DNA of 36,972 bases from the NCBI GenBank assembly GCA_965223665.1, contig CBDCXH010000001.1, positions 1-36,972 on the forward strand, in the 5' to 3' direction. The notes under the pieces are model-generated. The model saw nothing but the letters and a program-made list of their open reading frames with translations, did no database searches and was not told where the DNA came from. Shown here piece after piece: positions 20,001 to 29,280 of the stretch; the first letter of the stretch is position 1, and every line of letters begins with the position of its first letter. The DNA comes from Nitrospinaceae bacterium (GTDB taxonomy: Bacteria; Nitrospinota; Nitrospinia; Nitrospinales; Nitrospinaceae). Position numbers and translations under genes: made by a program.

Positions 20001-20729
20001 TCTCAAACCGGGGAGATTCCTTTTCTCCACCTGGCCGTGGAAAGTGATGAATCCGGAGGAGGGTTCCTTGGAACCAAAACCGATTGCAGTGTCAACGCCA
20101 CCAAGCTGGAAATAGATCTCGATGGGAATAGCGAAGTGATCCCGCTGGCCACTTACGATTTTCAAGGTGTGGTGGACTTAGAGAACGTGTATGAAAACAT
20201 TCGCCTGGCGTTCGAAATTGACGCCGTCACTTTTTTGCAAAGCGATTTGATAGATTCGGAAGATTTGGTCGACAGTCCCGAATTGTGGGATGGGGAAGAC
20301 GCGGATCGAGCCAACATTCAAATGCAATTCCGCTATACGGAGGACGATCCCGGATCCGGTCCGACCTGGTCCGCATGGCAGAACTTCCTGGTCAGCGACT
20401 TTAAAGCCAGGGCCATTCAAACCCGAATGTTACTCATTTCCAACGCCGTGGATCAAAACGTCAGCGTGTCCGTTTTAAAGCAGCATGTCTATTTAAAGAA
20501 GCGGACCGAAACTAAAAAAGGTCTTACCGCACAGGTCGGGGGAACATCGTTTAATTTTGATCGGCCCTTTTATGTAGAGCCTAATTTTGCCGTGCTCACT
20601 TATGACAATAGCAGTGGGGAAACTCACCAAATAACCAACGCCACCAACAGTGGATTCACTGTCCAGTTTTTTGATTCCAGCCAGGTCAGTATCCAAAAAT
20701 CATTTAATTATCACGTGGAGGGATTTTAA
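17064..20729 (+). CDS. Tail tip/host-specificity protein (gpI-J-like fusion, FN3 domains)
   Basis: Likely start MEVLAP at 17064 (RBS GAAAGG); FGPIPVVLG, GQYDIRIRR, NNPS motifs; about 1220 aa. Confidence 0.9.
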   Translation: MEVLAPETEPIQVFSCPHPFKVERNDLTLPAGLTVLDILFRVQPDPVLRRHAHIFVGDQYIPQDYWGQVKPKPGMTLTIRVVPSGGEGKDPLRTVLSIAIIAAAAFAGPAAAGALGLVKGSTAFSLVSAGITAAVGVGGQLLLNAIIPPSRPKLDTLTGTSKKSNSISGAGNFETPFGPIPVVLGEHRHFPPLGAKTYTEIVGDDQYFRMLLIWGYGPLDISNQKIGQTDISEFEDVEIETVQGFDSDPALTLFTDQVFEETLQITVHQVDDWILRTTQPDCDEISFDLTFPRGIQMEFGFLKFHPAALTEIEFEIETSPTGAGTWTQHPNLAVSANQVTLFRKGQRIKMPSRGQYDIRIRRITPDPTDVNLHPGVAMWTALRTFTNENPIQFHKNVAATALRIRATNQLSGVIDKYSATVKSIVKDWNGSAWVEQVSNNPSSLARHVWQFPGDDSPLPDTRVDIAGLQAFHDYCVAKGFTFNIVVDFQSSVGEMVRDILAAGRASPTNRDGKWSVVIDQPQTIPCQMFTPRNMLKGSFSGKIVYSDKPHGFRVRFINEEKEFTQDERIVYDDGFDETNATKFATMEFTGVTNPEQIWKLARYHIATLRLRPEIYTFSADVENLVCRRGDLIRAVHDVPLWGIAQGRVKQVIDDTVNVTQIVLDEKMTMLTGKSYSIRGRLEDNTQVNLGLSTVPGTSKTVNLSPLVPIATAPKVGDLVAFGQTGLETVELLVKEIQPLGGKNARLVCVNHSPAIQDADSGVIPNHNSQITPEQVLTEPFVAQVKSDESVMVLAPSGILEPRIMISLSLTQNIPSNATAIEGRIRPAGTNGRWTWIPPVAADAREIEIRNIIEKEVYDIHLRFKYEDETFSPFSKINNYFVIGGSTPPGDIQNLTLNIIDHSVVLSWDPVTDIDVTNGGRIRVRHSSKTSGATWASAVDIGPEVPPNNTQVTLPLLPGTYLVKAIDLGGNASVNAAAAVSQTGEIPFLHLAVESDESGGGFLGTKTDCSVNATKLEIDLDGNSEVIPLATYDFQGVVDLENVYENIRLAFEIDAVTFLQSDLIDSEDLVDSPELWDGEDADRANIQMQFRYTEDDPGSGPTWSAWQNFLVSDFKARAIQTRMLLISNAVDQNVSVSVLKQHVYLKKRTETKKGLTAQVGGTSFNFDRPFYVEPNFAVLTYDNSSGETHQITNATNSGFTVQFFDSSQVSIQKSFNYHVEGF

Positions 20730-21997
20730 TGACCACGCCAAACATGTTTATTCAAAATATTTCCCGGGCACTTTTCCGTCAGCAAAACAACGATATCAAC
20801 GACGCCTTGGTGACAATGTTTGATGGGACGGATGAGCCCAACCCGGCTTATCCGGGTATGTGGTGGCGAAATAGAAACGTCAATGAACTCTGGAAACGTA
20901 ATGGAGCGAATACCGCTTGGAATAAAGTTGGGACTCTTGATGCGGATTATTTAAATTTGTTACCGAACCAAAATGGAATTATTACCACCGTTTTGATCCT
21001 GGATGATGCGGTCACCTTGGCAAAAATCGCTCATGGGACGGCGGGGGGTCTTTTAGTCTACGATCTCAACGGAGTTCCCATCGATTTAGGTGCCGGTGTG
21101 GCTGGGCAAATTTTAAAAAGCGCGGGTCCAAATCAAACCGCAGTGTGGGACGATCTCATACCACCGGCTGCCAGCGTAAATCAAAACTCTTTAAAAACGG
21201 CCGTCGGTGAGGTGTCGACAGCTTTCCTTGGTTTGCCGGGTGTTAATTTAACCCTACCCGGTGGAGAATATGGGTTTTATCCGCAAATTAAACATAGCAC
21301 TAACGGTCAACCGGTGAATGCACAATTGTCTGGTTCTCTAACAGCTTTACCATCTACTTATACGACCGTGATCCATATGTATATTGATTATCAGGGTGGC
21401 TCTGTAGGTACAGCTGATGCTCAACAACGTTACATTCAAGCGTCCCCACCATATCGATTGAGTCAGGGCGATGGCGACGTGCATGGGTTTTTATTTGCCC
21501 TGGTCGAAAACGGATCGGGAAAGATCGAAGCCATGTACCACGCTCCGGAACCACCGTGGGCCAACAATGGCCCAACCAAAATTCGTCCGGACCGAATCGA
21601 TCCAATCACCAAAAAGAAATTTATTAAACAGTATGAGAACAAACCCACATTGGAAGAAACCAAGAACGCACCTCTATTGCTTGATCGCCTGGTCAATGGG
21701 GGATTGTTGGCAAAGGATGAAAAGTTTGATTGGGTGGAAATCAATCATTCCATCAAAAATGCGGACATGAATTTAATTCCCCATCCGTTCATGAATAACG
21801 ACCTCACCGGCAAAACGGTGGTGCTAGTGGATCCGCTTTCAGACTTTGTCCGGCAGTTGGGGCAAATGCAAGCGGATGGTGAAAACACTTTGCAATTGTT
21901 TCACGGAAACTACGTGGATTTAGATAATCAGGAACTTTCCCGCGGTGCGCCCGCCGGGGTGAGTTGTTTTAAAGCAAAACTTAAAAACTCTCAATAA
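20729..21997 (+). CDS. Tail fibre-like protein
   Basis: P.PAYPGMWW, ILDDAVTLAKIA and GQILKSAG fibre motifs; follows J. Confidence 0.7.
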   Translation: MTTPNMFIQNISRALFRQQNNDINDALVTMFDGTDEPNPAYPGMWWRNRNVNELWKRNGANTAWNKVGTLDADYLNLLPNQNGIITTVLILDDAVTLAKIAHGTAGGLLVYDLNGVPIDLGAGVAGQILKSAGPNQTAVWDDLIPPAASVNQNSLKTAVGEVSTAFLGLPGVNLTLPGGEYGFYPQIKHSTNGQPVNAQLSGSLTALPSTYTTVIHMYIDYQGGSVGTADAQQRYIQASPPYRLSQGDGDVHGFLFALVENGSGKIEAMYHAPEPPWANNGPTKIRPDRIDPITKKKFIKQYENKPTLEETKNAPLLLDRLVNGGLLAKDEKFDWVEINHSIKNADMNLIPHPFMNNDLTGKTVVLVDPLSDFVRQLGQMQADGENTLQLFHGNYVDLDNQELSRGAPAGVSCFKAKLKNSQ

Positions 21998-22009
21998 GGA
22001 GGTATTACT

Positions 22010-22465
22010 ATGGGTGGAGTAACCAATCGAGGGAAATATAAATTCTTAGAAGAAAAGTTCCGTGGAGTGGCCGCTCCTACGAATTATTACATTGCTTTGG
22101 CGGATGATTCCGTGGTCCCGGGTCCGGATACGAATTTGGTGAGTGACATTGCGGAAATTCCGGGAGGAAATGGTTATACAACCGGGGGAATTTCATTAGC
22201 TAAAAACGCCACCGACTTTGACGTGCTCACGGAAGATGATACCAACGACCGCGCCTTGATCCAGATTAAGGATATTGTGTGGACGGCTGGAGGCGGTCCA
22301 ATACCATCAAGCGGTAGCGGCGCCCGTTATGCTTATTTAACAGATGATAACGTGACAGTAGCCAATCGCGAAATTATTGCCTGGTTCGACCTCGGATCAA
22401 ACCGTATCGTTAGTGACACTCAACCGCTCACACTTCAAGATAGTGAATTGCGTTTGACTGAGTAA
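22010..22465 (+). CDS. Virion structural/fibre assembly protein
   Basis: EI.GGNGYTTGG and VWTA.GGPI motifs; RBS AAGGAGG. Confidence 0.65.
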   Translation: MGGVTNRGKYKFLEEKFRGVAAPTNYYIALADDSVVPGPDTNLVSDIAEIPGGNGYTTGGISLAKNATDFDVLTEDDTNDRALIQIKDIVWTAGGGPIPSSGSGARYAYLTDDNVTVANREIIAWFDLGSNRIVSDTQPLTLQDSELRLTE

Positions 22466-22522
22466 TCAACCACTAAGTTAAGGAAAAATTATTTAACAAT
22501 TAAGCATTTATACGGAGGCGTT

Positions 22523-22846
22523 ATGTTTCAAATCAAATTACCGGACTGGATCAAAGTCAATGAAGATACCAAGGAAAAAGTTAGTTTAACCATCGACACC
22601 GAAACGGCTTACGACTTGTATTTGCAAAAATACAATTTTAAGGAAGTGGATCAATTTGCTTTGGAAGTCGTGCGGCGTTGTTTAACCGAAGATCTTAAAA
22701 AGATTTTCAACAAGCCGATGCACTTGACATTGAATCGGTGCGAAAAATACAAATTATCAGAATACAAACCAGGCAAAGGCGAAGCGGCTGCCAACCTGGA
22801 ATGGAAAAAGTTTTACAAGCCGATGCCTAAAACTGCGGTGGCTTAA
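22523..22846 (+). CDS. Hypothetical protein
   Basis: 107 aa, RBS GGAGG. Confidence 0.65.
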   Translation: MFQIKLPDWIKVNEDTKEKVSLTIDTETAYDLYLQKYNFKEVDQFALEVVRRCLTEDLKKIFNKPMHLTLNRCEKYKLSEYKPGKGEAAANLEWKKFYKPMPKTAVA

Positions 22847-23160
22847 TGCCTGTCCGCAAGATTGAAAGAACCAAAGCAGGAATTATGGTCGATGGCCAGT
22901 CCATCGACTATTCCCTTTTGCCCGGAAGCAACAACACCCAAAAGGCTGCAGCATTACAAATCGGGTTGCAGGCTATCATCGATTACAAAATAGATATTAG
23001 CCAAATTGAAGACGGAGACCCGCGAAAAACTTCGGACCCTAAAAAACTAAAAGAGTTTTATGAGGGGGACAAAATAGTTTTTCGCTCCGATACCGTCACC
23101 GTGACCTGGAACACCGAAAGAAACGACTTTGATATTGACATCAACCCCATAAAAGAATAA
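22846..23160 (+). CDS. Hypothetical protein
   Basis: 104 aa, TAATG-coupled on both sides. Confidence 0.65.
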   Translation: MPVRKIERTKAGIMVDGQSIDYSLLPGSNNTQKAAALQIGLQAIIDYKIDISQIEDGDPRKTSDPKKLKEFYEGDKIVFRSDTVTVTWNTERNDFDIDINPIKE

Positions 23161-25859
23161 TGGCTTTCACCCTAAATCAGATCTTTGCTTTTTTAACGCA
23201 GGATTTAACCGATGTCACAAACGGTATTACAAATACACCTGTCGTTTCCCTAGTAGGAAGTGATTATGAATTAGTATGTGAACAGGGGGACCGCGCCCGG
23301 TTTTTAGTTTTCGATGCCGTAGCCAAGGCGGGGGACAACCATGTGGTCATTGGGTATTACACCCGGGTCAATTCCGGTCACACCGGCGATTCGGATATCA
23401 TCAATATAATTGATTCCGGTGGAAGTTTAATTTTAGAACTGCGCGTGATTCATTCTACGGGCGATGTCCAGGTCATCGATTCTAGGGCTGCAGTCAAAGA
23501 CACCATCACCAACCCATTCACCCTTGGGCAAAAACACCGCTTAAAAATTTATTTCGAAAATGCCAACAGCGGCGCCTTTAAAATGGAAGTCGATGGCACC
23601 GAGGTTTCTAATATTACCGCCTGTGATTTCAAAACCGGGAATAATACCGTCGATTATTTAGAACTTAAAACTTCCGGCGGGGGTAAAACTCAGAGGTTTT
23701 CTAAGTGGGTTTGGTACAGCGACGCCACCGACATTACCAACGGGCCCGCGGGGGACATCGATGTGTTGATGTACCAAAAAACCGATGGCGGCACCCAGGA
23801 TCAGGGCGACGCGTTTGACGTGGGCGATTGGGGCAAGGCTTCACAAGCACCGTTCACCACAGGCGCGGGAAACCGAGGGGAATACACGGGGGATCCAAGA
23901 TCGGGTGAAATGATCACCAACAGCGGAACGCGGTCCGGTCCAAGTGGCGATTCCAACGCAAGTGGCACCAACGTCCTGGGTTGTAAAATCATTGGCGATT
24001 TTTCTGCAGGAACCGGCGGCGCTACAAGCTTTTTTATGCGTTATGGAAACGATGTGGACGCCCTCACGGAAGTTGCAGTCACAGTTAATGCCACCAATAC
24101 GATTCTAATGGAAGTGTCGGAATCAGCCAGTGTGGTGCCAACCCTTTCCCAATATTTCCAATTGGGCGGTCGTGTATCCGGACCGGCGGATCTCAGAATC
24201 GAAAACATGGCCGCTTATTTGTTAGTGGAACCGTCTAGTGGTGTGACGGTCACACCCGGACCGGCGGCGGCAAAAGGCGCAGTGGTTGATCCCACCACGG
24301 TGTTGGGTGGCATAACTATTAATGCAGGGAATTCCAGTGCAAGTTCGTTAGTTGTGGATCCTACGGTTCAATTAGGCGGAATTACAATCACCGCCAACCC
24401 GGCCGCAACTCGCGCACTAAATTTCGACCCGAATGTTATTTTGGGAGGAATAACTATTGGGGGAGAAATAGCAGCTGCCAGCGCGGTGGGTGTTGATCCT
24501 CAAGTGGTATTCGGTGGAATCCTGGTCAACCCATCGATCGCGTCGGCCATTGCGGCCGCACTCAACCCACAAGTGGTTTTAGGCGGGATCACTTTAAATG
24601 GTGGATCCGCAGCGGCCATGGCTTTGGGGTTGGATCCGGGTGTGGTGTTGGGTGGAATCACGATTATTTCAACCACCGCAGTTGCCCGGGCATTAGTCAT
24701 CGATCCCAACGTCGATACAAGTTTAGTTTTAAATCCGGATCCGGCCGGAGCTCGCGCATTAATTATTGACCCGAATGTTGTTTTGGGAGGAATCACCATT
24801 GTGGGTGAAATAGCAGCCGCCAGCGCAGCGGGTGTGGATCCACAGGTGGTGTTGGGCGGGATCTTGGTCAACCCATCGATCGCGTCGGCCATTGCGGCCG
24901 CACTCAACCCACAGGTGGTGGTGGGTGGAATTACTTTAAATGGTGGATCCGCAGCGGCCATGGCTTTGGGGTTGGATCCGGGTGTGGTGTTGGGTGGAAT
25001 CACGATCATTTCAACCACCGCAGCTACCCGGGCATTAGTCATCGATCCCAACGTCGACACAAGTTTGGTTTTAAATCCGGATCCGGCCGGAGCTCGCGCA
25101 TTAACTATTGACCCGCAAATTACTTTAGGTGGAATTACAATTAGTGGTGAGGTTGCCAGAGCAAGCGCCTTGGTCGTGGATCCTGGAACGGTGTTAGGGG
25201 GATTAACCATCAATCCGGGATTCGCGGCCGCCATCGCCAATGCTTTGGATGGCAATCCCATTCTGGGCGGCGTGGTCGTCTTTCCAGCATCGGCCAACGC
25301 TAAATCTAATGCGCAAAACCCTGTATTAGAATTAGGCGGGATTACACTGAATGGCGGAATCGCATCGGCCATCGCTCAATCCCTTGATCCGAGTTTAGAA
25401 ACCGGGGGAATCAATATCACGCCGAATCCGGCCGTCCATCGAGCGTTGGTGAATGATCCCGTGATCAGTTTGGGAGGGTTGTCAATTTCACCGAATCCCG
25501 CAGCGGTCCGCGTGTTGGCACTCGACCCGCAAATCGGGTTCGGTGGGATCACTATAAACCCCAACCCGGCAATCGCTCGGACTCTGGTAATGGACCCTAA
25601 TGCCTTCGCCGGAGGAATTTTAATCACTGCCATACCCGCCGGAGCTCGCGCAAACAGTATTGACCCGAATATTATTTTAGGACCGGTGACATTAACTCCG
25701 ACACCGGCGGCTGCCAGGGCATTAGGGATAGATCCAAACACTTTATTGGTTTGGATTTTAGATGTGGATCCACTTCGCACTTACAAGGTTCCCAAAGAGA
25801 TCCGGAAATATGTAATTCCATATGAAAATCGTATTTATAAAGTTGAGGTGAATCAATGA
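23160..25859 (+). CDS. Repetitive fibre protein: beta-rich N-terminal domain plus about 25 ~19-20-aa (DPxVxLGGITI) repeats
   Basis: Repeats are visible in the translation; short C-terminal anchor-like segment RTYKVP..R.YVIP.ENR. Confidence 0.75.
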   Translation: MAFTLNQIFAFLTQDLTDVTNGITNTPVVSLVGSDYELVCEQGDRARFLVFDAVAKAGDNHVVIGYYTRVNSGHTGDSDIINIIDSGGSLILELRVIHSTGDVQVIDSRAAVKDTITNPFTLGQKHRLKIYFENANSGAFKMEVDGTEVSNITACDFKTGNNTVDYLELKTSGGGKTQRFSKWVWYSDATDITNGPAGDIDVLMYQKTDGGTQDQGDAFDVGDWGKASQAPFTTGAGNRGEYTGDPRSGEMITNSGTRSGPSGDSNASGTNVLGCKIIGDFSAGTGGATSFFMRYGNDVDALTEVAVTVNATNTILMEVSESASVVPTLSQYFQLGGRVSGPADLRIENMAAYLLVEPSSGVTVTPGPAAAKGAVVDPTTVLGGITINAGNSSASSLVVDPTVQLGGITITANPAATRALNFDPNVILGGITIGGEIAAASAVGVDPQVVFGGILVNPSIASAIAAALNPQVVLGGITLNGGSAAAMALGLDPGVVLGGITIISTTAVARALVIDPNVDTSLVLNPDPAGARALIIDPNVVLGGITIVGEIAAASAAGVDPQVVLGGILVNPSIASAIAAALNPQVVVGGITLNGGSAAAMALGLDPGVVLGGITIISTTAATRALVIDPNVDTSLVLNPDPAGARALTIDPQITLGGITISGEVARASALVVDPGTVLGGLTINPGFAAAIANALDGNPILGGVVVFPASANAKSNAQNPVLELGGITLNGGIASAIAQSLDPSLETGGINITPNPAVHRALVNDPVISLGGLSISPNPAAVRVLALDPQIGFGGITINPNPAIARTLVMDPNAFAGGILITAIPAGARANSIDPNIILGPVTLTPTPAAARALGIDPNTLLVWILDVDPLRTYKVPKEIRKYVIPYENRIYKVEVNQ
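24409..25115 (+). repeat. 342-bp (114-aa) internal tandem duplication
   Basis: gtggatccgcagcggccatgg at 24601 and 24943; ctcgcgca..gacccg at about 24409, 24751 and 25093. Confidence 0.9.
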
Positions 25860-26167
25860 CTACAACTGGTTTTTTCCAAGATAAAACCCGTGGCCCCACA
25901 ATTTTTAAGGATCCCGATTCCACGCTGGATTATACGTTCGATTGGAACGATTGGCTGGATGATGGGCAAACCATCTTAAGTGCCAACGCCACACCGGAGC
26001 CAAACGGTGTCACCAAAGATCAACCGGAGCAAATTTCAAACGGTTTGGTTACGGTCCGGGTGAGCGGTGGACTTGTCGGAAACGTGCACGGCCTTACTTG
26101 TAGAATTACGACCAATAATGGTCAAGTGGATGAACGCACCATTTACTTTGAAATCATCGAGCGATAA
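25856..26167 (+). CDS. Fibre-tail adaptor-like protein
   Basis: KDPDSTLDYTFDW..WL and V.VSGG..G....TC.ITT..G..DERT motifs. Confidence 0.75.
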   Translation: MTTTGFFQDKTRGPTIFKDPDSTLDYTFDWNDWLDDGQTILSANATPEPNGVTKDQPEQISNGLVTVRVSGGLVGNVHGLTCRITTNNGQVDERTIYFEIIER

Positions 26168-27523
26168 ATGACTTATTGGGTGGCAAATGGCGGATCCGTT
26201 GCGCCGGGTCCCGGTGGAGGTGAGGTCAACGACCTGGATAACCTTGGTGTGGGTCATGGTTGGTACTCGCACAAAGACGGCCTCATCATGTACCTTAAAT
26301 CGTTATTGGCCGGGACTAACATCAATATTGATGTTCTGACCAATGAACTCCGGATCAATGCGATTTCACCGTTCGCCCATATCTACAATGTAATGGATTA
26401 CGGCGCCGTTGGCGACGGCGTGGCCGATGATCGTGGGGCCATTCAAGCGGCGATCGACGCGGCCGTGGCGGATCCAAAGGGTGGTAAAGTTTACATGCCA
26501 CCTGGGAAATATAAGATCGTCGGGCTTCCCACGGCCACAGAAATCTGGGAAGGCAAAACGCTGGAAAACGGAATCCACATTCCGGATTATAGAAACACCA
26601 TCACCACCACCGAACCTCGTGTCCAATTATTAGGCGCCGGTCCGGGACTCACCCATTTAATTCCGGTAAGAAGTAACACTGCCAACGCAATGTTCACCGT
26701 CCGTTGTGAATTGGCTTATGCAGAGGTGGGCGGTTTTTCTATTAACGGTGAGATCCCCAACACCAACACCACCGACCACGTGATTGGCCTGGCCGTAGTT
26801 CCCAACCATGTCAATAGCCCCACCCAGGTAGCCCGTTACTCCTACGGGTTTTACCACAGCATAAAAATGGAGCGATGTTCCGAGGGAATCTTAATGATGG
26901 GGGGATGGGACGGAGTTTCAGGCGATCGCGGCCAGCATTATTGGTGCACGTTTATGAACATCATCATGCGCCGTGGACGTCGAGGCATTTACCTAGCTGA
27001 TAAAATTAGCGGCGCATCCATTGTTAACAGTAATTTATTTATTCAGTGCCAGGTACAGCACAGTAATGCCGCTTATTATATCGAGGGTGGCGACACCAAC
27101 ACCTTTGTTCATTGCACTGCGGACAATATTCAGTTCGGCACCTTCCCGCTCGCCACACCAACGGGAACTTACATTCTTAGAACCCCACCGGTAAACACGC
27201 AATTTGGCAATGAGCAAAACCGCTTTTATTCCTGTCCTAATGAAGACAGCACCCGGAACGCCTGGATTGACGGCCGCGGAACAGAAATTTACGGGTACAC
27301 CTGGGAGTCTAGCAAGAACGATTTCTTTTGCGATGATATGTCGATATGGACCAGCCATTGGTTCAAGCCGGTGGGTTGGACTGCAAGCGAACGCGATTTC
27401 TTATGGCCTAATGGTGCACCGTTTGGGGGGTTGACCTTTTACAACACAACCGACGGCCGGTTGGAAACCTGGGATGGTTCCGCGAACTGGAAATCCGGAA
27501 ACACCATTGTGCACACACCTTAA
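26168..27523 (+). CDS. Tailspike/depolymerase, pectate-lyase-like beta-helix
   Basis: NVMDYGAVGDGVADDRGAIQAAIDAA..GGKVYMPPGKY, followed by Asn-rich beta-helix-like repeats. Confidence 0.85.
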   Translation: MTYWVANGGSVAPGPGGGEVNDLDNLGVGHGWYSHKDGLIMYLKSLLAGTNINIDVLTNELRINAISPFAHIYNVMDYGAVGDGVADDRGAIQAAIDAAVADPKGGKVYMPPGKYKIVGLPTATEIWEGKTLENGIHIPDYRNTITTTEPRVQLLGAGPGLTHLIPVRSNTANAMFTVRCELAYAEVGGFSINGEIPNTNTTDHVIGLAVVPNHVNSPTQVARYSYGFYHSIKMERCSEGILMMGGWDGVSGDRGQHYWCTFMNIIMRRGRRGIYLADKISGASIVNSNLFIQCQVQHSNAAYYIEGGDTNTFVHCTADNIQFGTFPLATPTGTYILRTPPVNTQFGNEQNRFYSCPNEDSTRNAWIDGRGTEIYGYTWESSKNDFFCDDMSIWTSHWFKPVGWTASERDFLWPNGAPFGGLTFYNTTDGRLETWDGSANWKSGNTIVHTP

Positions 27524-27540
27524 TTTGGAAAGGGAATTAT

Positions 27541-27804
27541 GTGGCGAATTCTAAAAACTCTAGCTCTGGTAATGGTAATGGCCTGGCGATATCTGGGCGA
27601 TTGGTTGCACAGTGTCTTGTCTTGGCGATAGTGGGGATCCTCACCTGGGCGGTGGTGAGTGTCAATGAACTCCAAGTGGAACATTCCAAACTAGATACCC
27701 GTGTTTCTGAATTTCATAAGAGGTATTACATCGACAACCAAAGACATCAATTTAGGCATGATCAATTGAATCGAAAAGTCGATGACCTATGGAATAGACG
27801 GTAA
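27541..27804 (+). CDS. Small single-TM plus coiled-coil protein, holin-like
   Basis: TM segment LVAQCLVLAIVGILTWAVVSV; last gene of the late operon. Confidence 0.5.
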   Translation: MANSKNSSSGNGNGLAISGRLVAQCLVLAIVGILTWAVVSVNELQVEHSKLDTRVSEFHKRYYIDNQRHQFRHDQLNRKVDDLWNRR

Positions 27805-27830
27805 TCATAGGCAAATTGAAGGTAATGAAT

Positions 27831-28550
27831 CTAACCTTTTTCTTCTTTTTTTTCGTCTGCAATTTTAATAATCTCGTTTAGGTTTTGTTGTCTTTCTTCC
27901 CTGTGGACATACCATTCTTTAAAAAGAAACTCTAAAAGTTGAATTAATTTTTCGGCTTCCCCGGGTTCTACATTAATAATTAGATCTACATCTTTTTCCA
28001 TGTGAGCACCAATATTTCCTATATTCCGGACGGCATCAATGGCTTGCCACGTGGTGGAATCGATCCGGTCTTTTAAAGCGTCGATTTCTTGTTTTAAGGT
28101 GTACTTATCAGTTATTTCCCAAAAATCTCTTATCATACCTTGTAGTGCCCGACGGCATAACGTGGCTGCAGCCTTGGGGCTTTTATCTAAAATGCTACAG
28201 GCTTCGTAATAGTCTTCTCTAATTTGCTCAGGAACACAAGCAGGTTGAGGTTTTGATTTAGAATCAGGACGAAGCAACCAATGATTGGAGGTTACAATTA
28301 TCGAACCTCTACCGCCACCTTGACGGTCCACCCAAACCAGTGAGGATTCTAATACTATTTCTCTGCACTTTTTATTGGGGCAAACTATCGCTTTGTTTGC
28401 AATATACATTTGTTTTTCAAAGCTACTATATTCAGATTCTTTAATTACAGTCCTAACGTAGGTTTCAATTTCCTCGGTTATGGTTGCATGGCCACCACAA
28501 AAAGGACACTCCCACGGATAACTTTTTTTTGGATCTAATATTTTTGTCAT
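27831..28550 (-). CDS. DUF4145 (HEPN-like) protein with N-terminal Zn-ribbon
   Basis: CPFC..CPNKKC; DYYEA......SPKAAATLCRRALQ; RNIGNIGAH. Confidence 0.85.
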   Translation of the reverse strand: MTKILDPKKSYPWECPFCGGHATITEEIETYVRTVIKESEYSSFEKQMYIANKAIVCPNKKCREIVLESSLVWVDRQGGGRGSIIVTSNHWLLRPDSKSKPQPACVPEQIREDYYEACSILDKSPKAAATLCRRALQGMIRDFWEITDKYTLKQEIDALKDRIDSTTWQAIDAVRNIGNIGAHMEKDVDLIINVEPGEAEKLIQLLEFLFKEWYVHREERQQNLNEIIKIADEKKEEKG

Positions 28551-28594
28551 CTACCCAACTCCCAATGCGGCTAAAACTTCTTGGTGATCCATTC
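28551..28594 (-). repeat. Displaced copy of the lipoprotein gene's 3' end (MDHQEVLAALGVG*)
   Basis: 28558-28594 is identical (37 bp) to 29288-29324; the last codons differ only synonymously. Confidence 0.95.
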
Positions 28595-28595
28595 T

Positions 28596-29276
28596 TTAAT
28601 TATTTTCTTCTTTTGGTTTGCTGGGATTCGTCACCCCTAACAAAGATCGGAATTCAGCCTCTATTTTATCCATTAACCCCGGAACAACCTCAGTCAAGGC
28701 ATTTAAAGCCTCTCGCCAAGCTTCGCCTGTTTTGTCAGAGGGTCTACCGCTTAATTCTTCGGTAGTTCGCCAAAATCTTAATCTATCAGCAGGTTCAATG
28801 GCCTGAAATATAAGTTCTTCAATTTCCCTACATAGTTTCTCAGGAAAATAAATTTTTTTTGTATTATAAAACTTTTTAAAAACAAAATAATTTTTATTAA
28901 AATCCGTATTTTCTTCATTTCCTGTTTGGATGAAACTATTTGTTGAGTTCAATAAATTTACTAAAAATGAGTATAATTCGCCAATAATTTCTAACCTTTT
29001 TTCCACAAGCAAAGTTTTGCTTTGTTTGTATTCTAAACTATTTATCTGAAGGTCATGGCTGGCTTTTTGGATTTCAAGTTTACTTTCTGTTTCTAACTCA
29101 TTTTTAAATGCTTCTTTTTCCTTATCAAGCTCAGACTTATATTTTGCTAAATTTTTCGATAATGAGTTTTCAATTATTTGTTTTGCAAAAAATTTAGCCG
29201 CACCAATTATTGCTCCGACAACAACTGAAATACCACCTAATGTTTTTATTACACTCCAAATATCCGCCAAATCCAT
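28596..29276 (-). CDS. N-terminally membrane-anchored coiled-coil protein, unknown function
   Basis: TM segment LGGISVVVGAIIGAA, then a K/E-rich coil; very AT-rich. Confidence 0.8.
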   Translation of the reverse strand: MDLADIWSVIKTLGGISVVVGAIIGAAKFFAKQIIENSLSKNLAKYKSELDKEKEAFKNELETESKLEIQKASHDLQINSLEYKQSKTLLVEKRLEIIGELYSFLVNLLNSTNSFIQTGNEENTDFNKNYFVFKKFYNTKKIYFPEKLCREIEELIFQAIEPADRLRFWRTTEELSGRPSDKTGEAWREALNALTEVVPGLMDKIEAEFRSLLGVTNPSKPKEENN

Positions 29277-29280
29277 ACTC

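Noticed and set aside
24409-25115. 342-bp duplication as a DGR template/variable repeat pair
   Set aside because: In-frame tandem copies with mostly synonymous, non-adenine-specific differences; no reverse transcriptase.
24500-25780. 290-aa and 134-aa minus-strand ORFs
   Set aside because: Antisense shadows of the repetitive fibre gene.
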